Assembly (NCBI GenBank): GCA_963805875.1
Contig: CAWDWE010000007.1
Span: 887,013 to 951,012 of the forward strand
Reading direction: 5' to 3'
From: Pirellulaceae bacterium
GTDB lineage: Bacteria; Planctomycetota; Planctomycetia; Pirellulales; Pirellulaceae
Length of the DNA: 64,000 nucleotides
Shown here in pieces: positions 30,414-38,271 of this stretch. Below the pieces are notes generated by a model, which saw only the letters and a program-made list of their open reading frames with translations, was not told the DNA's origin and did not search any database. Both the position numbers and the translations under genes were made by a program. Each line of letters begins with the position of its first letter. The stretch's first letter is position 1.

Positions 30414-31094
30414 ATGTTCTGGTTGTTCCTTTACTGCGCGGTAATCGCTGGAACGGTCTTTTTGTTCCAATTCGTGATGCTGCTGGTCGGCTTTGGGCTG
30501 GACGGCGCCGATGGCGACCTGCCGCACGACATCGGCGGCGATGTCGATATGCCGCATGACGTGCATCTGGATGACGGTCATGCCGGTGATATCGATCATG
30601 AGACGGGCAATCTGGACCACCATTCCACCTGGCTGTTCGGCGTCATTTCCATCCGCACGGTGGTAGCGGCGGTGACGATGTTCGGGCTTGTCGGCATGGC
30701 GGCGCTGAGCGCGATGGAACCGGCCAAGGGGGCCGTTTTGCCCTACCTCTATGCCATCGTTTTGGCCGTCGGCGGCGGCGCTGCGGCGATGTTCGGCGTA
30801 CATTTCGTCATGCGGTCGCTGTACAAGTTGGGGGCCGACGGCAAAGTGCGCACGCAAAATGCCCTCGGAAGAACCGCCACCGTGTATCTTCCCATTCCCG
30901 CCAGCGGGGACGGAAGCGGCAAGATTCAGATTCGCATGCAAGGACGGCTCGTGGAATTGGCGGCGACGACCGATGTCGCGCAAACATTGCCCACCGGCAG
31001 CACGGTGCGGGTGGTGGGTGTGATCGGGGGAGCCACGGTCAGGGTCGAACCGGTTCGCACTGACGCCAAAGCGTCCGAGCCGGTCAGTTCATAA
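30414..31094 (+). CDS. NfeD/YqiJ-like membrane protein (flotillin partner)
   Basis: N-terminal TM helices. Acidic/His-rich linker. C-terminal OB-fold-like beta region (..VRVVGVIGGATVRVEPV). Immediately upstream of the flotillin gene, which is the typical operon order. Confidence 0.7.
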   Translation: MFWLFLYCAVIAGTVFLFQFVMLLVGFGLDGADGDLPHDIGGDVDMPHDVHLDDGHAGDIDHETGNLDHHSTWLFGVISIRTVVAAVTMFGLVGMAALSAMEPAKGAVLPYLYAIVLAVGGGAAAMFGVHFVMRSLYKLGADGKVRTQNALGRTATVYLPIPASGDGSGKIQIRMQGRLVELAATTDVAQTLPTGSTVRVVGVIGGATVRVEPVRTDAKASEPVSS

Positions 31095-31192
31095 ACGATT
31101 CGTGTCGCCGCGTGAGCGCACGACAACATATTCAATGACGCCAGCGTATTTGTGCGGTTGCTCCGCGCGAATGCCAACGCGAGGGGGAAATT

Positions 31193-32809
31193 ATGGGTGA
31201 CATGTCAACGTTCCAGATCGTAATGCTTGTGATCATCGTCGTGGGTCTGTTGTTCGTATTGTCGATCGGCATCCTGCTGCTGAAGAACTATCGCCGCTGC
31301 CCGAGCAACCGGCTGTTGGTGATTTACGGTAAGGGGACGGGGCAGGCGAAGGCGGCGAAGGTCGTCCACGGCGGAGCGGCGTTTGTGATTCCGCTGTTTC
31401 AGGACTACGCCTACCTCAGTCTCGATCCGATGCAGATCGAAGTCCCTTTGCGCGGGGCGTTGTCGATTGAGAACATCCGCGTCAACGTCCCCAGCGTGTT
31501 CACCGTAGCGGTCAGCACCGACGCCGACGTGATGCAGAACGCGGCCATTCGCCTGCTCGGCTTGCCCCGGCAGGAAATTGAAAAGCAGGCGTCGGAAATC
31601 ATCTTCGGCCAGTTGCGGCAGGTGATCGCCTCGATGAAGATCGAGGAAATCAACCGCGACCGTGATAAGTTCCTGCAGCACATCACCTCGTCGCTCGAGC
31701 CGGAATTGAGCAAGGTCGGCTTGCAGCTTATCAACGTCAACATCACCGACATCACTGACGAGTCGGGCTACATCGACGCCATCGGCCAAAAGGCGGCCTC
31801 CGGGGCGATCCAACTCGCTCGCGGCGACGTGGCCGACAACGAGAAGATGGGCGAAGTTCGCGTCGCCGACGCCGAACGCGAGAAGTCGATCCGCGTCGCC
31901 GAGGCCCGCCGCGATCAGTCCATCGGTACTCGCGAAGCCGAGCGTGAGCGGGCGGTCAAAGTGGCCGATCTGGAAAAAGAGCAAACCATCGGCGAGCAAG
32001 GCGCCGCCTTCCTGCGGGAATCGGAAGTCAAAGAGCGCGAGCGCGAGATGCGTGTCCGCGTGGCCGACGCCGACGCCGCTGCTATCGACGGCGAAAACCA
32101 GGCCCAAGCCGCCATCGCCGCCTCGCGAGCCGAACTGGCCGTCAAAGAAGCCGAAGCCTACGAACGGGGCCAAAGCCGACAGAAGCAGGCCAAGGCGAAG
32201 GTCATCGAGGTCGAGAACCAAGCGATGGCAACTGCCGCCCTCGCCGAAGCGACCCGCATCGAGGCCGAGCAACGGGCCGCGCTGGAAGCCCCGGCCAAAG
32301 CCCAAAAGGCCCGCATCATCGTCGACGCCGAAGCCGAAGCCGAACGCAAACGGATCGACGCCCGTGCCGAAGCCGACGCCATCTTCGCCAAACTCGACGC
32401 CGAAGCCCGCGGTCAGTATGAAATCCTGGCCAAGAAGGGTGAAGGTCTGCGGGTCATCGTCGAAGCCTGCGGCGGCGGCAAAGAGGCCTTCCAAATGCTC
32501 ATGCTGGAGCACCTCGACAGCCTGGCCGAAGCCTCCGCCAAGGCGATCAGCAACATCAAGTTCGACAAGGTGGTGGTCTGGGAAAACGGCGGCGAAAACG
32601 GCCGCAGCAGCACGGCCGGCTTCCTCAACGGCATGGCCAAAACCCTCCCGCCGATGCTGCAAGTGATGCGCGACATCGGCGGCGTGGAATTGCCCGAGGC
32701 GCTGGTGAAGTTGCAAGGCGATGGCCCGACGGACGTTGGCGCCACCGGTAGCAACGGCGAATCCGGCGACCGCGGCAAGCCCTCCGGCCCCACCTCGCCG
32801 AAGAAGTAG
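31193..32809 (+). CDS. flotillin family protein (SPFH/band-7 domain, FloT/YqiK-like)
   Basis: N-terminal TM. SPFH domain (...RLLVIYGKGTG...GGAAFVIPLFQDYAYLSLDPMQIEV...). Long EA-rich coiled-coil flotillin domain. 538 aa. Confidence 0.9.
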   Translation: MGDMSTFQIVMLVIIVVGLLFVLSIGILLLKNYRRCPSNRLLVIYGKGTGQAKAAKVVHGGAAFVIPLFQDYAYLSLDPMQIEVPLRGALSIENIRVNVPSVFTVAVSTDADVMQNAAIRLLGLPRQEIEKQASEIIFGQLRQVIASMKIEEINRDRDKFLQHITSSLEPELSKVGLQLINVNITDITDESGYIDAIGQKAASGAIQLARGDVADNEKMGEVRVADAEREKSIRVAEARRDQSIGTREAERERAVKVADLEKEQTIGEQGAAFLRESEVKEREREMRVRVADADAAAIDGENQAQAAIAASRAELAVKEAEAYERGQSRQKQAKAKVIEVENQAMATAALAEATRIEAEQRAALEAPAKAQKARIIVDAEAEAERKRIDARAEADAIFAKLDAEARGQYEILAKKGEGLRVIVEACGGGKEAFQMLMLEHLDSLAEASAKAISNIKFDKVVVWENGGENGRSSTAGFLNGMAKTLPPMLQVMRDIGGVELPEALVKLQGDGPTDVGATGSNGESGDRGKPSGPTSPKK

Positions 32810-32845
32810 GACGGACGTCCTCGTCCGTCCGACCGTGCACCTCGC

Positions 32846-32968
32846 GGGTGCCACGGACAGCGGAGGTGAGCGAAGCGAACCGAAGTGGTCCGTGCGGCGG
32901 CGGTGTCTCGCGCCGCCGCACGGACGACTTCGGCCTCGTTGCACTCGGCCTGCGCTGTCCGTGGCACC
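32846..32968. repeat. MITE-like element copy A (~123 bp, 16-bp terminal inverted repeats GGGTGCCACGGACAGCG)
   Basis: GGGTGCCACGGACAGCG...central palindrome GTCCGTGCGGCGGCG/CGCCGCCGCACGGAC...CGCTGTCCGTGGCACCC. Reverse-complement orientation relative to copies B and C. Confidence 0.7.
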
Positions 32969-33259
32969 CTTTCCAATCGGACGGACCAGGAGGTCCGTCC
33001 TACCTTCTTTGTTTGCACATATGACATGCACCCCTTGCATGATCGACGTGCGTCGCTATGATTCTCCCTTTCCCGCCTGCACAAAGTCAAATTGTGCAAC
33101 TTATTTCATAGTACGCACATACGGCCTTCATCTTGCACCCGTACAATCGGCCTCTCCCGCCGCTGGCACGGCAATTGCATTTGCCCAATGCATGTCTCCT
33201 GTGCCAGGCGGCCACGGGCTTTTCGATTCAACCCCTTTTTGTAAATGGAGTGACGACGG

Positions 33260-33532
33260 ATGATCGCCAGACAGGAATGTTTTCAACAAAGCCAAACGGC
33301 CGACGACGACTTGGACCTTGTCCGCCGGGTGCAAATTTTTCTGCACAGCAAGCAGGTCCGTTCGCTCCGCGGCGTGTCCGTCCGGGCGGATCGCGGAACG
33401 GTGGTGCTCCGCGGCGAGGTGAACTCGTTCTACGAGAAGCAGCTCTGCATTAGCTGCGCCAAGCGCGTCGCCGGCGTGCTGGAGCTAGTCGACGAGATTC
33501 AGGTTCCCCACATGACCGCCGTCAGCGCTTGA
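33260..33532 (+). CDS. BON domain protein (OsmY-like)
   Basis: ...GVSVRADRGTVVLRGEVNSFYEKQLCISCAKRVAGVLELVDEIQV matches the BON consensus (v.V.v.nG.VtLsG.V.s...k..a...a..v.GV..V.N.l.V). Confidence 0.6.
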   Translation: MIARQECFQQSQTADDDLDLVRRVQIFLHSKQVRSLRGVSVRADRGTVVLRGEVNSFYEKQLCISCAKRVAGVLELVDEIQVPHMTAVSA

Positions 33533-33556
33533 TTCACCTGCGATGCGATGACGCAT

Positions 33557-33688
33557 CAACATTAAAGGGTGCCACGGACAGCGCAGGCCGAGTGCAACGA
33601 GGCCGGAGTCGTCCGTGCGGCGGCGCGAGACACCGCCGCCGCACGGACCACTTCGGTTCGCTTCGCTCACCTCCGCTGTCCGTGGCAC
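33557..33688. repeat. MITE-like element copy B
   Basis: Same terminal and central palindromes as copy A, >85% identical. Between the BON and FHA genes. Confidence 0.7.
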
Positions 33689-33756
33689 ACGGCCGCTCGT
33701 CCGACCAATCGGCCAAGAAAAAACGCAAAACTTTGTGCTCAGCAGCAAAATTAGTT

Positions 33757-33792
33757 CTTGACGTTGACAGCAAGCACGGATATCTTTTCATC
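33757..33792 (+). promoter_or_regulatory. candidate sigma-70-like promoter for the FHA gene
   Basis: TTGACG-17 nt-TATCTT. A second overlapping TTGACA lies ~125 nt upstream of the FHA start codon. Not verified. Confidence 0.3.
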
Positions 33793-33916
33793 CTGCGTAA
33801 GCAAGGGTGACTGCGGAAACTATAGAACACCGCTCCCCGCTCCCCCCAACATATCCCACCTCGGCCCCCATCTTTCCCGCCCGGCTGTGCGACCTTACGG
33901 CTGAAAGTATTGCTCC

Positions 33917-34276
33917 ATGCAAGTCAAGTTGACGATTCTCGGTGGACCGTCCGACGGTCTGGAAGTTACGCTCTCTCGTTGGCCCGTCACCTTCGGCCGC
34001 GAAGGCGATTCGTCGGTGCCGATGCGCGACCGCTGGGCCAGCCGGCATCATTGCGAACTGTTCGAGAGCAGCGGACGGCTGATGATTCGCGATCTGGCCT
34101 CCAAGCATGGCACGTACGTTAACGGCGAGGTGGTTGATGAGCATGAATTGCTCCCCGGCGACAAGCTGATGGTCGGGCTAACCGTCGTTTCAATCGAAAG
34201 CATCTTGCTCGGCGACGGCGAGGCCCACGCATCCACCGAGGCCAGCAGCGACCGCCCCTCCGGCGTCGGCGCGTAG
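33917..34276 (+). CDS. FHA domain protein
   Basis: ...VTFGREGDSSVPMRDRWASRHHCELFESSGRLMIRDLASKHGTYVNGEVV... carries the canonical FHA motifs (G-R, S-x-x-H, N-G). Confidence 0.7.
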   Translation: MQVKLTILGGPSDGLEVTLSRWPVTFGREGDSSVPMRDRWASRHHCELFESSGRLMIRDLASKHGTYVNGEVVDEHELLPGDKLMVGLTVVSIESILLGDGEAHASTEASSDRPSGVGA

Positions 34277-34364
34277 CACCGTCAACACTAACCCAAAGCG
34301 CGAGCGAGGCGTCCAATGCGGCCGCTCCTCGCTCGCGCTTCGGGTTAGTCGATAGGGTGCCACG

Positions 34365-34478
34365 GACAGCGGAGGCCAAGTGCAACGAGGCCGGAGTCGT
34401 CCGTGCGGCGGCGGACTCTCGCGCCGCCGCACGGACGACTTCGGTTCGCTTCGCTCACCTGCGCTGTCCGTGGCACCC
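34365..34478. repeat. MITE-like element copy C
   Basis: Same architecture as copies A and B. Directly downstream of the FHA gene and overlapping the 3' flank of the M48 peptidase gene. Confidence 0.7.
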
Positions 34479-34490
34479 CCTCTCACCATG

Positions 34491-35714
34491 TCATCCAGTT
34501 ACCCCATCAAAATCGTCGGCCATCGCCAGCCGCTGGGCGATCGGCGGGTGGTCGTCAAACAGAAAGACCTCCAGCCAGGGCGGGTTGGGGTCGGCTTTGT
34601 TCAGTCGGGCGAGTTTCGTGAAGGCGCCGCGGTAGGCTGCGGTCAGGCCGGTGCGCTGTAGGGCGTAGCGGTCGCATTGGCGCTCGAAGTGCCGCATCAG
34701 GCCGTTTTGCAGCGGGCCGGTGATCGTGCCGAGCACGAAGACCAGCAGCATCAGGCCGGCGACCGCGTAAACCGGCAGCGCCGCCGGGTCGTAGGCCGTG
34801 CCGAGCCACCAGCCCAAGACGACATGACAGATGAAAAACGCGATGAGCGTATATGGCAGACTGAGCAGCAGCATCTTGTAGATGTGCCCGAAAACGTGGT
34901 GGCCGATTTCGTGGGCCATCACCACCTTGATTTCGTCGGTGGTGAAATTCTCCAAGAGCGTATCCCCCAGCAGCACCCGCCGCGTTCGCCCCAACCCGGC
35001 CAGCATAGCGTTGGCCTTCTTGGTGTCGGCGGACAATAGCAGGCGATAGGTTCCTTCGATCGTTAGCCCGGTTCCCTCGGCGAGTTTCGATAACTCACTT
35101 TGCAATTCGTCATCATCGAGCGGCTCGTACTTCACGAACAGCGGCAAAATCAGTATCGGCGCGATGTAACCGATCAACACCGCAAACGCAAACGCCGCCC
35201 CGGCCGCGGCCACCCACCACCAGTCGCCGCAGAGCCACATGATGACATACAGTCCGGCGATCATGACCACGTTGGCCGCCGTAGCCAGGGCGATGCCTTT
35301 GGCGTATTGCGTCAGCCAGCGCGTGAACGTCTGGTTGCTCAGGCCGTAGCGATGCTCGATCACATAGCCGCGGTAATAGGATAGCCCAATCGACACGCCC
35401 ACATGCACGAGCGTAAACAGCAGCAAGAATACGCCCAGCCGCAGCAACCGCGGCAGCAGATCGTCGCCGCCGATCCAGGCGAAACCCCGCAGCCAATCAT
35501 CCAACGGCTGCGCGAAGAACCAGGCGAAGACGCTCAAGAAGACAAGGTCAAGTGCCGTGTCAGCCAGGGCCAATTGCAAAGTGCGATGGCCGTACTCTTG
35601 GCCTTCGGCAATTTGCTCGGGCGTAAGTGACAGCTGGGACTCGCCGTCGATTACTTCTGTATCCGCAAACTGAGTCGCCTGATCGTCAGGCGAACGGTCG
35701 TCGTGTTGATCCAT
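34491..35714 (-). CDS. M48 family zinc metallopeptidase (Ste24/HtpX-like)
   Basis: Multi-TM N-terminal half. HEIGHH zinc motif (VMAHEIGHHVFGH). Downstream ...ERQCDRYA third-ligand region. 407 aa. Confidence 0.85.
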   Translation of the reverse strand: MDQHDDRSPDDQATQFADTEVIDGESQLSLTPEQIAEGQEYGHRTLQLALADTALDLVFLSVFAWFFAQPLDDWLRGFAWIGGDDLLPRLLRLGVFLLLFTLVHVGVSIGLSYYRGYVIEHRYGLSNQTFTRWLTQYAKGIALATAANVVMIAGLYVIMWLCGDWWWVAAAGAAFAFAVLIGYIAPILILPLFVKYEPLDDDELQSELSKLAEGTGLTIEGTYRLLLSADTKKANAMLAGLGRTRRVLLGDTLLENFTTDEIKVVMAHEIGHHVFGHIYKMLLLSLPYTLIAFFICHVVLGWWLGTAYDPAALPVYAVAGLMLLVFVLGTITGPLQNGLMRHFERQCDRYALQRTGLTAAYRGAFTKLARLNKADPNPPWLEVFLFDDHPPIAQRLAMADDFDGVTG

Positions 35715-35719
35715 CCCGT

Positions 35720-36394
35720 CTAGTCCTGAAACGTCCTTCGCGGCTTGACCAACTTGACCGAGCGGGCGGCCTCGTGGCGGAGGGTTTCGTTGAGCTGGGG
35801 ATTGTTTTGCATGGCGATGAGTTTGTCGGCCGAGCCGCCGGCGGGGATGCCGATGTTGCCCAGCGCGCGGACGGCCGCCAGTTGCGCTCGCTCGTTCGTG
35901 CCGTCGAGCAATTCAACAAGCCGCTGCACGATCGCCTTCTGCGGCGGGTCGATCGACGGCATCGACTCGATCGCTTTGAGTTGCAACAGCGGCTCGTCGT
36001 CGTGTGATATTTCGATCAACACCGGCGCGGCCGCCGGCCCCAACTTGCCCAGCGCACCGCAGGCCAGACGGCGGGTCTCCAGATGCAGACTGGCATCCTT
36101 CACCGCGGCGGTCAGCGCCGGCACGGCCCCTGCGCCTTGCCGGCACAACCAATTGTAAGCGGCGATTTGCTGCTTGCGATTGGCGTCGTTCGTGGCGGTT
36201 GATAAGGAGCCGAGGGCTTCGTCAATGTTGGCGAATTCGGTCTGCGGCGGCGGCGCCGCCGGCTTGTCCACCACCGCGCCGCCGACCGGCGGGTCGAACG
36301 AATTCGCCGGGCCTTGGGCGCCGCTGTCGGCATCCGACGCTTCGCAACCGGCCAGCCCCACCGCCAACGCCAATACGAGCAGCAGTCGTGTCAT
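35720..36394 (-). CDS. HEAT-repeat lipoprotein
   Basis: MTRLLLVLALAVGLAGC lipobox. Repeated ...AAVRALGNIG.../...LACGALGKLG... HEAT/PBS-type motifs. Confidence 0.6.
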   Translation of the reverse strand: MTRLLLVLALAVGLAGCEASDADSGAQGPANSFDPPVGGAVVDKPAAPPPQTEFANIDEALGSLSTATNDANRKQQIAAYNWLCRQGAGAVPALTAAVKDASLHLETRRLACGALGKLGPAAAPVLIEISHDDEPLLQLKAIESMPSIDPPQKAIVQRLVELLDGTNERAQLAAVRALGNIGIPAGGSADKLIAMQNNPQLNETLRHEAARSVKLVKPRRTFQD

Positions 36395-36777
36395 AACTTA
36401 CAGTCCCGTAGAATTTCTAAGGAGATAAGAGGCGTGCAGCGTTTGCACCCAAATAGTGTCGCCCCGACGCGACTTTCACGCAACCGGCCCGCAACCGGCC
36501 CGCAAGGAGTCCGCAAGGATACCAGTCGTAAGTCGTTATATAGCAATACCTTCCGCAAGAATCACAGGTACACGCGCGCAGGCAACTGGCCGGCTGCCGC
36601 AGGGAACGAATTTTCCCCCAAGAGCGTCTAAGCGTCTAATTGTGTTACAAATGCCCATCCACCGATCGCAAAGCCGAACTGCGGATGGATCGGGCGAGGC
36701 TTGTCCCATTTGTTGAAACGGCCAATCTCACTGATTTGCGTTGGCAGATCGCTACTCCACTCAAAGAGGCTACAATC

Positions 36778-38202
36778 ATGCGTCCCGCCGGCCGAAACTC
36801 GCTGCCAGTCTTCGCCATCACCCTACTCTGCGCCATCAGCCCAGTTTTCGCCCAAATCAACAAGCCCGCGGCACCGGAGGATCCGAGCATTGTGACGTCC
36901 GAGTTGGACAAGCTCGACTTGGCCGTGAAGATGCGGCCGATTCTGCCGGAGATCACCACCGGCGACCCGCTGCGGATTGCCTTGCATTTTGAGAAGAAAG
37001 ATGGGCCGATTAACCATGGGGATCAGGAACTTGCGCCGCAAATGGTCGACCAAATTGCGACGTTGAGTTCGCTCGAAGTCGCCGTCAAAGCGCCGGGCGG
37101 TGAGTGGGCGCTGCTCAAGCCGGACGCCAGCGCCTTGCCGAAGGATCGAGCATCGGCGCGATCGCTGCTCAGCGATGGGACTTTTTTGTTGGAGTTAGGT
37201 GATGAGAGTTTGAAACTCCTAAATATCAACGGGCAGGAGGAGCTGTCGATGCCGTGGAAGCTGGGCATGTTAAAACCGGGCGAGTATCAGGTCGCCCTGC
37301 GCGGGACGCTCAAGCTCAGCACACAACAGCGCGCAAGGTGCAGCAGCGCGGCCAGCCGCCGATGGAATTCCCGGCCACCGAAACGGCCGTGCCGTTCAAG
37401 ACCAAGCCGATCAGCATCGCCGTCGTGCGGGCCGATATGAGGAGCCAAACGCTCCAGGAACTGGCCAAGGCGGCGGTCGAGGAAGTGAAGAAGTTGCCTG
37501 AGGTGAAAGAGGAAGAGTTGACCGTCGGCGGCGTCGAGAGCCTCCCCATCGCCGACGCCGAGGGGAATCGCGTGATTCGTGTCAAAGCAACCGTCCCGCA
37601 GCCCAAGCCCCGCCCCGGCCCCGGCGGCGGCTTGATCATCGGCCCGGTCATCGCCGGCGGCACGGGCTATTGGCAGTACGAAGTCGTCATGTCGCCGACC
37701 GGCAAGGCGGTCAGCGTCGCCCGCGCGAAAAGGCTTCTGCGTTGCCCGCGGCACGAAGATTTCCACGCCGGACGGAGAGGTCGCCGTCGAAGAGTTGCAC
37801 AGCGGCGCGCAAGTCTGGGCGTGCGACTTGGACGAGAAAACGCTCGTGCCGGCGACCGTCCTGGCTGTGTTCCCGTCGAGAACGGATGAAACGATCCTCG
37901 TCAACGGCCGCTTGCGAGTTAGCAGCGATCACCCCGTTTTCGTCCGCAGCGACGAAGCCGGCGGGTGGAAGCGTGCCGCGGAACTTCGCGTGTACGACGT
38001 GATGTTGAATCAAGACCGTGAGCCGGTTTGCGTTGTATCCATCGAAACCATCGGTGGCGAAATCGACATCTTCGACGTGGCCGTTGATGGCCCGCACAAT
38101 TTCTTCGCCGCTGGGCTGCTGGTTCACAATAAGAGCATCGCCTGGTCGCCGCAATATTTCGTGCCGTGGTACGCCCTCTGGAACCGCGTGCCGGTCAAGT
38201 AA
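36778..38202 (+). CDS. secreted protein with C-terminal Hint (Hedgehog/intein-like) domain. Two apparent frame disruptions (~37330 and ~37735).
   Basis: Signal peptide MRPAGRNSLPVFAITLLCAISPVFAQ. C-terminal CVARGTKISTPDGEVAVEELHSGAQVWACD...SSDHPVFV...GGWKRAAELRVYDVML...FFAAGLLVHN fits the bacterial Hint consensus (C[FL]..GT.I.T..G...IE.L..GD.V......HP.....G.W..A..L..GD.L.........VYN..V.......F.A.G..VHN). Three consecutive ORF fragments in frames 1/0/1 join without independent starts. Confidence 0.55.
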
Positions 38203-38271
38203 CGCGGGGTAGGTCTGGCGACCTGCCCGTCGTACGTAAGTAACTGCTATAATACTGCCGGCTCGCGAAAG

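Noticed and set aside
31205-33040. 611-aa minus-strand ORF
   Set aside because: Antisense to flotillin. Gly/Ala/Arg-rich with no domain.
33529-33830. Short ORFs (e.g. MPRTAQAECNEAGVVRAAARDTAAARTTSVRFAHLRCPWH) recurring at 32721-33040, 33529-33830 and 34190-34489
   Set aside because: They are read from the three MITE-like element copies in several frames. The similarity is at nucleotide level, with palindromic symmetry. Not protein genes.
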